Both the position numbers and the translations under genes were made by a program. A stretch of 64,000 nucleotides of DNA from Parachlamydiales bacterium (GTDB taxonomy: Bacteria > Chlamydiota > Chlamydiia > Chlamydiales > Rhabdochlamydiaceae), in NCBI GenBank assembly GCA_963705295.1, contig OY970065.1, positions 320,001 through 384,000 of the forward strand, written 5' to 3'. A model generated the notes under the pieces. It had not been told where the DNA came from. It worked only from the letters and a program-made list of their open reading frames with translations, and ran no database searches. Numbering within the stretch: position 1 is the first letter of the stretch; each line of letters starts with the position of its first letter. This document shows, piece by piece, positions 18,642 through 28,895 of this stretch.

Positions 18642-20801
18642 TCATGCTTCAAGATAACTCCGAATGGCTGTAATTGTAAACTCTTCTCCTTGGAATTGGA
18701 ATTTGTCACCTATGGAAAGACCCATCATGGTTTGTGCAAGCTTGGATTGAGAAGAAATAATTCCTTGATTGGGATCGGCATCCCAAGGACCTAAAATGGT
18801 ATAAGTGATCGTTTTGCCTTGGCCGTTTTTGCATTCGACAACGCATCCGACGTTGACTTCTTCCGTTGTGATATCACTTTTAGCGAGAATGCGAGATCGG
18901 TTGATTTGATCGGAAAGTGTTTTGAGCTCTGATTGGAGACGGTCTCTTTTTTCAAGAGCGGCTTTAAACTCGGCATTTTCACGGAGATCGCCATGGGACC
19001 TAGCAACTTCAATTTCTTTTGCATTTTGAACGGTTTCAACAGTTGCGATTTGCTGGATCCGCTCTTTCACTTTTTTGTACCCTTCATCGGTTGTCCAAAT
19101 GACATTGCTTTCGGTTGTCGCATCTTGTTTTTTTCTAAACTGCGAAAGGGATGGATGAACGACTTCAGCTAAGGAATGGAGGATTTTAAGATCGTGATCA
19201 GAAAGAGAGTGGCATTTTGAGGCGAGGAGCAAAAATTCTTGAACGGTTGCCTGATCGGCTCCTTGCATGATATCTCGGACGACGGCATACCTAGAAGCCG
19301 TTAGAATGGTGTGGAGTTTTTTGACTAGGTCTCTGTGGGCTGGGGATTGTTCTGCATGGTTGAGTAGAACAAAAAGCCCTTCAAAAAACCGATTTTTCCC
19401 TTCTTGATCTGCAAAAGGTAACTCTTTTTGAGAGACGATCTTTTGGAAATACCAAACAAAAACTTCTGGATACCTGGCAGGATGAACCCATAGATCTTCG
19501 AGTTTTCTTTTCAAGTCTTTCAAGGTTTCCGGATTTAACAGCTCGCCTAAGATGTAATCTCGAATAGGATTTTGTTCGATCGTGAAGAGGAGATTGAGAA
19601 AGAGGTCTTTCCAATCGGCCCTTGTCTTTCGAGCAACAACAAGGGTTCGTTTCTTGAAAGAGGCGATTTCAATCGATTGAATGAGGGCTTCGAGATTTTT
19701 CGAATTTTTGATGATTTCTTGGACCGGTTTGTACTCTTTTTCTCCCGACAAATCTTCTAAGAAGAAATGGAGTTGAAGCTTTTGTGCATCGGTGAGATCG
19801 GGACCAACCAAAGTCTCTTGGAGTTTTGCTTGGATAAACCCTTTGAAATCGGGGTTCTTGAGAGTTTCTGGAAAATCACGGACGAATGAATAGATCATTT
19901 GAATGAGATGATTGACATCGGCTTTGACTTCGAGTGCTTTTCGGAGACGTTCTTCATGAGACAGTTCTGCCGATCGAAGGATGAAAGGTTGTCTAAGATC
20001 TTCGGGGGCTTCGATCATCGTGTCTTTCTTGATTTTAGAGCGGGCATTTTGCCACCATTTCGCCCAATCTTCTTCAGGAATCACGAGTTCGCACAGTTCA
20101 TCTTTGATGTCGGCAGCTGTTTTTGGTCCTAAATCTCGGAGGAGCGTTCGGATCACTTCGACAGGATTTTCCTTGGCTTTCTTCTCTAAAAGATCGGGGT
20201 TGCCGAACCGGAGGGCTAAAAAGTGGTCATCGGGAATAGGAAGTAGAGTATTAAAAGCATTGGCAAAAGAAATATCTTTTCTCCCACCGACATATTCAAA
20301 TTCGATACTGAGCTGTTCTCGGATCATCGAGACATCGAGAATTTCTCCGACTCCCCATCCTCCTGTGTGGAAGACAAACTTCCCTTTTTTCATGTGGTTT
20401 AGGAGCTCAAAGTTGCTGATGGCACCTTGGAATTTTTCTTTTCCGCGGAGGCCGACTAACCGGATTTTGTCATTGAAATTGGGTTGGCTTCCGTATCTGG
20501 CTTGCACATAATCGTACACTTTTGTGTGCAAGAGGTCGTTATTGGTCGTCTCTAAGTCAATAATTAATTTAAATGTTTCGTGTTTTTGTGGGCTCTCGGG
20601 AAGGAGGTCCCATAAGAAAAGAATTTTCTCGACATGTTTGCCAAAAGGTTCAGCAAATTCCGATTTTTTGACACTGGTAAGAATTTCCTTTAACTCTTGT
20701 GGATCAATCTCATCGCTGACGCAGTACTCCTCCCAAAGACGTAAAAAAGCGGGATAATCGTGGTTAGCAATTTGATTCTGAAAATCCTTTAGGTAGGTCA
20801 T
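18642..20801 (-). CDS. greA: Transcription elongation factor GreA, long chlamydial form
   Basis: C-terminal ARSHGDLRENAEF and ISSQSKLA; about 570-aa N-terminal extension. Confidence 0.92.
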   Translation of the reverse strand: MTYLKDFQNQIANHDYPAFLRLWEEYCVSDEIDPQELKEILTSVKKSEFAEPFGKHVEKILFLWDLLPESPQKHETFKLIIDLETTNNDLLHTKVYDYVQARYGSQPNFNDKIRLVGLRGKEKFQGAISNFELLNHMKKGKFVFHTGGWGVGEILDVSMIREQLSIEFEYVGGRKDISFANAFNTLLPIPDDHFLALRFGNPDLLEKKAKENPVEVIRTLLRDLGPKTAADIKDELCELVIPEEDWAKWWQNARSKIKKDTMIEAPEDLRQPFILRSAELSHEERLRKALEVKADVNHLIQMIYSFVRDFPETLKNPDFKGFIQAKLQETLVGPDLTDAQKLQLHFFLEDLSGEKEYKPVQEIIKNSKNLEALIQSIEIASFKKRTLVVARKTRADWKDLFLNLLFTIEQNPIRDYILGELLNPETLKDLKRKLEDLWVHPARYPEVFVWYFQKIVSQKELPFADQEGKNRFFEGLFVLLNHAEQSPAHRDLVKKLHTILTASRYAVVRDIMQGADQATVQEFLLLASKCHSLSDHDLKILHSLAEVVHPSLSQFRKKQDATTESNVIWTTDEGYKKVKERIQQIATVETVQNAKEIEVARSHGDLRENAEFKAALEKRDRLQSELKTLSDQINRSRILAKSDITTEEVNVGCVVECKNGQGKTITYTILGPWDADPNQGIISSQSKLAQTMMGLSIGDKFQFQGEEFTITAIRSYLEA

Positions 20802-20899
20802 CTGAAGTCCTTCAGTAAGCATAAATGGACTCGAGTATAGAGCTCTTAACAATTAGAAGCAAATTGCAAAAAATAGCCTGCCGTCCCTACTCTTTGGGG

Positions 20900-23026
20900 A
20901 TGATTTTGGTTTTATTTCTTCTGACATGGGTTTCAACTCTTTGCGCTGTCGATGACAGCTCGTGCTTATTTTCCGATCTCGCCCTCGTCGAAGAAATCGA
21001 CCAAAAGATCGGAGACGAGCTCCCCTTTTTTTACAACGCTTCGATGATTGGAGGGTATTTCAATATGCCTTCTGCCCGGATGCCTCCGACAGGATATGGT
21101 GGGTTTGGAGCGGCCCGTGTCCATCCGTACAATGTTTATGGCGTTAGTTTTCAATATTTTGACCGGATAGAACTTTCCCTCAACTACAGGGTTTTTACCG
21201 GAATCACCGAACATAATTTTGGACATTTGGGTTTTGGCGACGATGCAGAACGGATTGGAAATTGTAAGCTGGCCATCAATCTTCCAACGGACGGTCTTGA
21301 ATATTTTCCTAATTTTGCGATTGGAGCCGAAGATTTCATTGGGACGAAAAGATTTAATTCTGAATACATTGTCGCCACGCAAAGATGGGTCCCCTATAAC
21401 GTCGAAGCGACACTCGGATGGGGAAGAAAAAGAATAAAAGGTTTTTTTGGAGGTTTGGCATGGACCCCCTTCCGGCAAACTTCACTTCCCGTTTTAAAAA
21501 ATATTTCTCTCTTGGCTGAGTACGATGCCATCGATTACAAAAATCATATCCATGAACACCCCCGGGGTCGGAGAGTGGGATCGCGGGTCAATGCGGGAGT
21601 AACGTATGTTTTAGGCGACACTCTGCAACTCAGTGTCAGTTCTCTCCGAGGGAGAAAAATAGCCGCCATGGGTTCACTCCGGTATCCGTTTGGGAGCAGT
21701 GAAGGGTTTATTCAAAAAACACACGAGCCTCTTCTTTACCGCTCTCCGGTGGATACAGAGCCCTTGGGAGTTGTCCGCCTGGATAGAGATTTTGTGCACG
21801 AGCTCGGATTTACCCTAGGACAACAAGGACTCGATCTTTATCAAGTCTATCTTTCAAGCGATGGCCATCTCTGGATTAAAATCGTCAACAACATGTACCG
21901 AGATGAAGTGATTGTACGGGAGCGGTTAGAAAGAATTCTTGCAGCGATTACTCCTTCGAACATTAAGCAAGTGACCGTTGCCATTGAAGCCGACGGAGTG
22001 CTTTGCCAAGGCTATACGTTCAAAACAGCCGATCTTTATCGGTATCGCTTGGGGGAAATCACCCCCTACGAAATGGCGACCCTTTCTCCGATGACAAATC
22101 CTCATTCGTCTCCCTCCAAGTCAGAACTCTTGTATCGAAGGAAAAAAGAAGTCTGGTTATTTACCTTCAGGCCCCGCGTGCAGACATTTTTTGGGAGTAC
22201 CACCGGTAAAATCAAATACAACTTAAGTTTGATTGCGACCCCCGAAGGATACCTGTTCGATGATATTTTCTACGAGGGACAGGTCAGTTACAATATCAAG
22301 TCGAGCATGCAGCATATCGGACATTTCGATCGGTTAAACCCGTCCGAGCTGCCGAATGTCCGGACCGATAGTGTCAAATATTTTCAAACAAACACCTTTC
22401 ATTTGGAAATGGCCTACCTTCAAAAGAGTTGGAATCTCGGGAAGGGGTGGTATTTTAGGCTGGCAGCAGGGTATTTTGAACCCGCCTATGGAGGAGGATC
22501 GACAGAACTTCTTTATTATCCAGCGCAGTCGAATTGGGCCATCGGTGTCGAAGAAGCAACAGTCTGGAAAAGACGGTATCATGGCCTTGGCTTTACAACA
22601 AAAATTCGGCGGTATCATAAAATCAAATCGAAATTTGAACATTTCATTGGGCAGCAATATTTTCTCGACCTTTATTACACCCTTAAACCGTGGGATGTCG
22701 ATCTCAAAGTCATGATTGGACAATTCCTCGCCAAAGACGTTGGAGCCCGATTCGAAATGAGCCGGTGGTTCCCCAGCGGTCTCCGAGTATCCCTTTGGTA
22801 CACGCTCACCAACGGCCGTGACCATGTCAATCATACTGTCTACCACGACAAAGGGTTTGCATTCTCCCTTCCCATCGACTTCTTCCTCCGTCAAAGCAGC
22901 CGTACCTATATTGGCTATGCGATGTCCGCTTGGCTCCGCGACGTCGGCGCAATCTCCGATACCGGCCGCAATCTCTATCCTACCATCCGCCTCGAACGGC
23001 TCGCCCTCGAGAAAAAAAGTTACTAA
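20900..23026 (+). CDS. YjbH-domain outer-membrane protein
   Basis: Signal peptide, GYFNMPSARM, GYFEPAYGG, GQFLAKDVGARFE, DKGFAFSLP. Confidence 0.82.
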   Translation: MILVLFLLTWVSTLCAVDDSSCLFSDLALVEEIDQKIGDELPFFYNASMIGGYFNMPSARMPPTGYGGFGAARVHPYNVYGVSFQYFDRIELSLNYRVFTGITEHNFGHLGFGDDAERIGNCKLAINLPTDGLEYFPNFAIGAEDFIGTKRFNSEYIVATQRWVPYNVEATLGWGRKRIKGFFGGLAWTPFRQTSLPVLKNISLLAEYDAIDYKNHIHEHPRGRRVGSRVNAGVTYVLGDTLQLSVSSLRGRKIAAMGSLRYPFGSSEGFIQKTHEPLLYRSPVDTEPLGVVRLDRDFVHELGFTLGQQGLDLYQVYLSSDGHLWIKIVNNMYRDEVIVRERLERILAAITPSNIKQVTVAIEADGVLCQGYTFKTADLYRYRLGEITPYEMATLSPMTNPHSSPSKSELLYRRKKEVWLFTFRPRVQTFFGSTTGKIKYNLSLIATPEGYLFDDIFYEGQVSYNIKSSMQHIGHFDRLNPSELPNVRTDSVKYFQTNTFHLEMAYLQKSWNLGKGWYFRLAAGYFEPAYGGGSTELLYYPAQSNWAIGVEEATVWKRRYHGLGFTTKIRRYHKIKSKFEHFIGQQYFLDLYYTLKPWDVDLKVMIGQFLAKDVGARFEMSRWFPSGLRVSLWYTLTNGRDHVNHTVYHDKGFAFSLPIDFFLRQSSRTYIGYAMSAWLRDVGAISDTGRNLYPTIRLERLALEKKSY

Positions 23027-23994
23027 AGGAGGGGGAGGATTTGGGGGATGGCGTACGAGATGATGAAGTCGGCGCCGGCTCGTTTGATGCTGAGGAGGGC
23101 TTCGTGGAACACTTTGGGGGCATCGAGCCAGCCGCGGAGGTGGGCGGCCATGACCATGGCGTATTCGCCGCTGACATGGTAGGCACATAAGGGGAGGTGG
23201 CAGGTTTCCTTGATTTTTGAAATGATATCGAGGTAGAAGAGGGCGGGTTTAACCATGAGCATGTCGGCTCCTTCTTGGACATCGAGGAGAGCTTCTCGGA
23301 CGGCTTCTCGGCTGTTGGCGGGATTCATTTGGTAGGTTTTTTTATCTCCGAATTGGAGCGTCGATCGGAGTGCGTCGCGGAAAGGAGAGTAGAGGGAAGA
23401 GGCATATTTGGCCGAGTAGGAGAGAATCCCGGTGTCATGAAACCCTTGGAGATCGAGCTTTTTTCGAATGGCCGCAATTCTTCCATCCATCATATCGCTC
23501 GGAGCCACAATGTCAGCTCCGGCTGAGGCCAAGAGGCATGCCATTTCGGTTAAGATCGCAATGGTCGATTCATTGAGAACGTAACCACTGGGGTCGACAA
23601 CACCATCATGTCCATGCGAGGTGAACGGATCGAGAGCGATGTCGGTGATCAAACAGAGGGGGGGAATTTCTTGTTTGAGTTTTTGTAGGGCACGTGGGAT
23701 AAGGCCTTTTTCATTGAGAGCGTAAGATCCTTTTTCATCTTTTAATGACGGGGTGATGACAGGAAAAAGCGCAATGGACAGAATTCCTTTTCGATGAAGA
23801 GCCTCTGCTTCGTGGACGATTTGATCGATAGAAAGCCGAGATATTCCAGGGAGACTGGGGATTTCTTCGCGGGTATTTTCTCCCTCAATAACAAAAAACG
23901 GGACGACGAAGTCAGCGGGCCTAAGAGCGGTCTCTTCGACGAGTTGCCTGATTGCTGGAGTTCGCCTGTTTCGGCGTGGTCTTATGAGGAGCAT
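23023..23994 (-). CDS. hemB: Porphobilinogen synthase
   Basis: DIALDPFTSHGHDG, APSDMMDGR, MVKPA, YHVSGEY. Confidence 0.98.
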   Translation of the reverse strand: MLLIRPRRNRRTPAIRQLVEETALRPADFVVPFFVIEGENTREEIPSLPGISRLSIDQIVHEAEALHRKGILSIALFPVITPSLKDEKGSYALNEKGLIPRALQKLKQEIPPLCLITDIALDPFTSHGHDGVVDPSGYVLNESTIAILTEMACLLASAGADIVAPSDMMDGRIAAIRKKLDLQGFHDTGILSYSAKYASSLYSPFRDALRSTLQFGDKKTYQMNPANSREAVREALLDVQEGADMLMVKPALFYLDIISKIKETCHLPLCAYHVSGEYAMVMAAHLRGWLDAPKVFHEALLSIKRAGADFIISYAIPQILPLL

Positions 23995-24050
23995 TCCAAG
24001 TACTTTACCATATTCCTTTTTTGTGTCACTCTGGAAGGAAGGAGATCGTC

Positions 24051-25700
24051 ATGATTGAGAATTATGAAGAGTTTTCGGAAAGCCAATTTAAAATTTTGAA
24101 CCGGTATGTGACACACACGACAAGCAATATCTTTGTTCTCCGCAATCTCCCTGAAGTGATTAAAGGAGCTTTATTCTCGAGATATTCGAGATCGATTTTG
24201 GGTCTGAGATCTTTATTACTAAAAGAATTTATCCTCAATGAAGAGATGGCCTTTGCGACAATTGCGGGACATGCCTCCGAAGATGCGGAAGATGAACAAA
24301 ACCTCGAAGACCAGATCATGGCCATTCGGAAGGCGCAGAATTTTTACGACAGGATTTTGGATGGATATGGAGACGACTCCATTGGTGAACTCGGTGGCGC
24401 TCATCTCGCTGCAGAAAATATCTCGATTTTAGCTGCTAAATATATTGAAGATTGCCGGATCGGTGGATCTCCCTTGGAGAAGTCGACGCGGTATATGTAT
24501 TTCGATCAAAAATTCAAGGGCGAATACCTCTTCTACCGTGAACCGATTTTGATGACATCGGCATACCGCGATCTCTATGTTTCAACGTGCAATCAACTCT
24601 TCGATACGTATTCTCGCCTCATTCCTCCACTCACAGAGGTGATGGAAAAAATTTTCCCTCGAGACCCAGCGATTTCGGATGTCGCTTACACAGCGGCACT
24701 CAGAGCCAAAGTGCTCGATTGTCTCAGAGGTCTTCTTCCTGCAAGCACGCTGACGAATATGGGTGTCTATGGAAATGGGAGATTTTTTGAAAATCTGATT
24801 CAAAAACTCAACTGTAATAATCTTGCAGAGCTGCAAGATATTGGTAAGAAATCGTTCCAAGAACTCAATAAAGCAATTCCTTCCTTCATTCGACGTGCTG
24901 AAAGTTGTCATAAATACCAAAAATTGTATTCGAATTTTTCAGAACAAGTCGAATCGGAACTCAAGAATTTAGCCAAGCAACACGATCCGTTTTTGGATAA
25001 AATGCATACATCCGGGGTTCGATTGATTGGATACGATCCTGATAGTCCTTACCGGGTTGCAGCAGCTCTTTTATTCAATCACACCGATGTGGGACTTTTG
25101 GAATTGCAAGAGTATTGTAGAAAACTTCCCGATGAAGAATTAAATCGGATTCTCGATAGCGCCTCACAATTTAGAGAAAACAGACGGCATAAATCACCAA
25201 GAGCCTTAGAACACGCCACTTTCACATTCGAGATTCTTGCCGATTATGGGATTTATCGGGATCTTCAAAGGCACCGTCTTCTGACGCAAGAGCGGCAAAT
25301 GCTCACATGCAACTTTGGATATCATATCCCCGAAGAAATCTTGAATACACCGATGGAATCGGAATATATCACTGCGATGGGACTTGCGAAAAACGCGTAT
25401 GAAATCATCGCGAAAGAATTACCCGAAGAAGCCCAATATGTTGTCCCGATGGCTTACAATATCCATTGGTATTTCCATATTAACTTGAGAGCTCTGCAGT
25501 GGATTTGCGAGCTGAGGTCGTCTCCTGCAGGCCATCCCGGTTACCGTCACATTGCTCAAGAATTTGCCAAACAAGTCTCTTCTGTTTTGCCGCCATTTGA
25601 GAGATTTTTTAAATTTGTCGATTATGACGGATATGTTCTCGGCCGTCTTGGACAAGAAATCCGAACCGAGCAGAAAAAACAACAACTGAACCCCGTATGA
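24051..25700 (+). CDS. thyX: FAD-dependent thymidylate synthase, double-domain chlamydial type
   Basis: YGDDSIGELG, LEKSTRY, RDLQRHR, ELRS. Confidence 0.9.
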   Translation: MIENYEEFSESQFKILNRYVTHTTSNIFVLRNLPEVIKGALFSRYSRSILGLRSLLLKEFILNEEMAFATIAGHASEDAEDEQNLEDQIMAIRKAQNFYDRILDGYGDDSIGELGGAHLAAENISILAAKYIEDCRIGGSPLEKSTRYMYFDQKFKGEYLFYREPILMTSAYRDLYVSTCNQLFDTYSRLIPPLTEVMEKIFPRDPAISDVAYTAALRAKVLDCLRGLLPASTLTNMGVYGNGRFFENLIQKLNCNNLAELQDIGKKSFQELNKAIPSFIRRAESCHKYQKLYSNFSEQVESELKNLAKQHDPFLDKMHTSGVRLIGYDPDSPYRVAAALLFNHTDVGLLELQEYCRKLPDEELNRILDSASQFRENRRHKSPRALEHATFTFEILADYGIYRDLQRHRLLTQERQMLTCNFGYHIPEEILNTPMESEYITAMGLAKNAYEIIAKELPEEAQYVVPMAYNIHWYFHINLRALQWICELRSSPAGHPGYRHIAQEFAKQVSSVLPPFERFFKFVDYDGYVLGRLGQEIRTEQKKQQLNPV

Positions 25701-26899
25701 AATCACCGAGTCTCTTAGGAGGAATTTTACTCATCGCAGGAAGTTGTATCGGCGCTGGCATGCTGGCTCTTCCGATCATGACTGGATTGTCGGGATTTTT
25801 CCCTTCGCTGGTGATGTTTTTACTTGCATGGGGATTTATGACCTTTACAGGCCTTTTGATGGTCGAGGTGAACAGTTCGTTTGCACAGCGGGTCAATATT
25901 GTCTCAATGGCAGAAAGAGCCTTCGGTCTTCCCGGAAAAGTGATCAGCTGGACTCTCTATATCTTTCTTTTTTATTCGCTCCTTGTCGCCTATATTTCGG
26001 GCAGTGGGAGTTTGAGTTCGACCTATTTTCAAACGGTCTTTTCGATCGACCTGCCGAAATGGGTTGGAGCTGTTTTCTTCACGCTGATTTTCGGATTTCT
26101 GGCTTATCAAGGAACTCGAACCGTCGACCATTGCAACCGATTTTTCATGGTAGGAAAAATTTTAACCTATCTGGGGATGATCGTCCTAGGAATGCAATAC
26201 ATCAATCCAAAGCTTCTCCTGAGGACCGAGCCGCAATATGCTCTTTTTTCCCTTCCTGTTCTTGTGATTGCCTTCGGGTATCACAATATGATTCCGACTC
26301 TCATGAACTATTTTCAAAATGATCCAAAAAAAGTCCGCCAAACTATTTTGGGTGGAAGCTGCTTTGCTTTGGTGGTCTACATCATCTGGGAGATTGTCGT
26401 TTTAGGGATCGTTCCTGCAGACGGAGAATGGGGCATTATCAATAGCATGAAACAAGGCCGGCAAGCCTCCGATGCCGTAGCAGGAATTTTAGGTATTTCG
26501 TGGGTAAGTAATTTTGCGGAAGGGCTTGCCTTTTTCGCTCTCCTCAGTTCTTTCTTAGCCCAAACCTTGGCCCTTGTCCATTTTCTCGCCGATGCTATGA
26601 AAGTCCAAAGAGAGAAACACGAGAGTGTTCCACTGTGCCTTTTTGCACTCGCACCGCCGCTCATTTTTGCTATCATTTATCCCGGTCTTTTTATCAAAGC
26701 GATCAATTTTGCAGGTGGTATTTGCGCTGTGATTCTCTTCGGTGTCTTACCGGCCCTCATGGCTTGGAAAAATCGGTATGTCCTTCAGCAAATCAGCCCT
26801 TATCAGGTTTTGGGCGGAAAAAAACTCTTACTCATCATCCTTTTTATCGCTCTTGGCATTGCGATTTTCCAATTGAGCACGATGATCTTCCATGTTTAA
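25697..26899 (+). CDS. tyrP: Aromatic amino acid permease (TyrP/Mtr family)
   Basis: [23 protein letters not shown], about 11 TM segments. Confidence 0.88.
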   Translation: MKSPSLLGGILLIAGSCIGAGMLALPIMTGLSGFFPSLVMFLLAWGFMTFTGLLMVEVNSSFAQRVNIVSMAERAFGLPGKVISWTLYIFLFYSLLVAYISGSGSLSSTYFQTVFSIDLPKWVGAVFFTLIFGFLAYQGTRTVDHCNRFFMVGKILTYLGMIVLGMQYINPKLLLRTEPQYALFSLPVLVIAFGYHNMIPTLMNYFQNDPKKVRQTILGGSCFALVVYIIWEIVVLGIVPADGEWGIINSMKQGRQASDAVAGILGISWVSNFAEGLAFFALLSSFLAQTLALVHFLADAMKVQREKHESVPLCLFALAPPLIFAIIYPGLFIKAINFAGGICAVILFGVLPALMAWKNRYVLQQISPYQVLGGKKLLLIILFIALGIAIFQLSTMIFHV

Positions 26900-28874
26900 G
26901 CTACAAACCGATTACAAACCGCGTGGTGATCAACCCACTGCTATAAAAAAACTGGTCGAGGGGATTAACCTACCGAGGAAATCGCAAGTTCTTTTAGGAA
27001 TCACCGGTTCTGGAAAAACCTTCACCATGGCCAATGTGATCGAGCAGGTTCAAAGACCAACCCTCGTCATGGCCCATAACAAAACACTTGCCGCACAGCT
27101 CTATCAAGAATTCAAATCTTTTTTCCCCGATAATGCGGTCGAATATTTTGTCTCGTATTACGATTACTACCAGCCCGAAGCGTACATTCCTCGGACAGAC
27201 ACGTATATCGAGAAAGACATGGCGATCAACGATCAGATCGACCGGATGCGCCTTTCAGCTACCCGTTCACTCATTGAGAGGAGGGATGTGATTATCGTTG
27301 CATCCGTTTCGTGCATCTACGGTTTGGGGCTTCCCGAATACTACAGTCAGATGCAACTCTTACTCAAAGTGGGAGAGCAGCGGCGGCGCGATGATGTTCT
27401 TCTCCATCTTGTCCAAATGCAATACACCCGCAGCGATTTTGAACTCGTCCGTGCAACGTTTCGGGCCCGGGGGGATGTCCTTGAGGTCATGCCTGCATAT
27501 GAAGAAGATCTCGCCTACAGAATTGAATTTTTTGGCGATGACATTGAGAGAATCAGTGCGATCGATCCACTGACAGGCAAAGTGAAATACCGACAAGATC
27601 AAATCACGATTTTTCCTGGATCGCACCACGTCACTCCCGATGAAGTCCGGTGGAAAGCAATCGAGACTATCCGAGAAGAACTCAAAGAAAGAGCTGCTTA
27701 TTTTGAGAAGGAAGGGAAACTCATTGAACATCAGAGAATCTTAGAAAGAACCAAACACGATCTCGAAATGCTCCGTGAAATGGGAGTCTGTAAAGGAATC
27801 GAAAACTATTCGCGCCATTTTAGCGGACGAAAACCAGGAGATCCGCCTCCGTGTCTTCTCGATTATTTTCCTCCCGATTTTCTTCTTTTTATCGATGAAT
27901 CGCATCAAACCCTCCCTCAAATCCATGCGATGTACAATGGTGACCAATCACGCAAGAAAGCGTTGGTTGAATTCGGATTTCGCCTTCCGTCCGCCTATGA
28001 TAACCGTCCGCTGAAATTTGAAGAGTTTTACCGCCGCATCCATCAAGTTGTCTACGTCTCTGCAACGCCGGGACCTTGGGAAGTCCAGGAAGCCGATGGT
28101 GAAATCATCCAACAAATCATCCGGCCAACAGGTCTTCTCGATCCGATCATCGAGATCAAACCGGCAGCGACCCAAGTCGACGATGCCCTCGAAGAAATCC
28201 GGAAGGCCATAGAAAAAGGTGGACGAGTTCTCGTCACGACACTCACAAAAAAACTGTCCGAAGACCTCACCAAATATCTCGCCGAGATCGGCCTCAAAGC
28301 CCGGTACCTTCACTCCGATATTGAAACCCTCGAAAGGGTTCAAATCCTCAATGAACTCCGCCGCGGAGTGATTGACGTTCTCGTCGGCATCAACCTCCTC
28401 CGCGAAGGGCTCGATCTTCCTGAAGTTTCTCTCGTCACCATTCTCGATGCCGATAAAGAAGGATTTCTCCGCAGTGAAACAGCTCTCATTCAAACGTGTG
28501 GCCGTGCGTCACGCAACATCGACGGCCGTGTCGTCATGTATGCCGATAAAATGACCCGCTCTATCGAAAAATGTATCGCCATCACCAAAGAGAGACGGAC
28601 CCTCCAACAAGCGCACAACGAACTCCATGGAATCATCCCTCACACCGTCCGCCGCCCCGTCATCGCAGATCTCGCTCAAACCTTCGGAGAAGTCGTCCAA
28701 ACACTCAAAGAAGAAGGCGACAAAGTCCCCTCTCATCTCACCCTCGAAGAAATCAACCAAAAAATCATCGAGTATGAAAAAGAGATGAAACAAGCCGCCA
28801 AAGACCTCCGCTTCGAAGACGCCGCCCACTTCCGCGACCTCCTCCGCCACTACCAAGAGTTGCTTCTTTCTTAA
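26892..28874 (+). CDS. uvrB: Excinuclease ABC subunit B
   Basis: [41 protein letters not shown]. Confidence 0.99.
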   Translation: MFKLQTDYKPRGDQPTAIKKLVEGINLPRKSQVLLGITGSGKTFTMANVIEQVQRPTLVMAHNKTLAAQLYQEFKSFFPDNAVEYFVSYYDYYQPEAYIPRTDTYIEKDMAINDQIDRMRLSATRSLIERRDVIIVASVSCIYGLGLPEYYSQMQLLLKVGEQRRRDDVLLHLVQMQYTRSDFELVRATFRARGDVLEVMPAYEEDLAYRIEFFGDDIERISAIDPLTGKVKYRQDQITIFPGSHHVTPDEVRWKAIETIREELKERAAYFEKEGKLIEHQRILERTKHDLEMLREMGVCKGIENYSRHFSGRKPGDPPPCLLDYFPPDFLLFIDESHQTLPQIHAMYNGDQSRKKALVEFGFRLPSAYDNRPLKFEEFYRRIHQVVYVSATPGPWEVQEADGEIIQQIIRPTGLLDPIIEIKPAATQVDDALEEIRKAIEKGGRVLVTTLTKKLSEDLTKYLAEIGLKARYLHSDIETLERVQILNELRRGVIDVLVGINLLREGLDLPEVSLVTILDADKEGFLRSETALIQTCGRASRNIDGRVVMYADKMTRSIEKCIAITKERRTLQQAHNELHGIIPHTVRRPVIADLAQTFGEVVQTLKEEGDKVPSHLTLEEINQKIIEYEKEMKQAAKDLRFEDAAHFRDLLRHYQELLLS

Positions 28875-28895
28875 GTTTCTAGCATACTTTTTATC

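Noticed and set aside
22334..23188. Long antisense or alternative-frame ORFs (also 27948-28493, 28509-29036, 51315-51785)
   Set aside because: Explained by codon bias of the real genes, which removes stop codons from the opposite strand; no motifs.
18642..25700. Oversized GreA and ThyX (and the TopA-SWIB fusion) as novelties
   Set aside because: These are established chlamydial traits, used here only for taxonomic placement.
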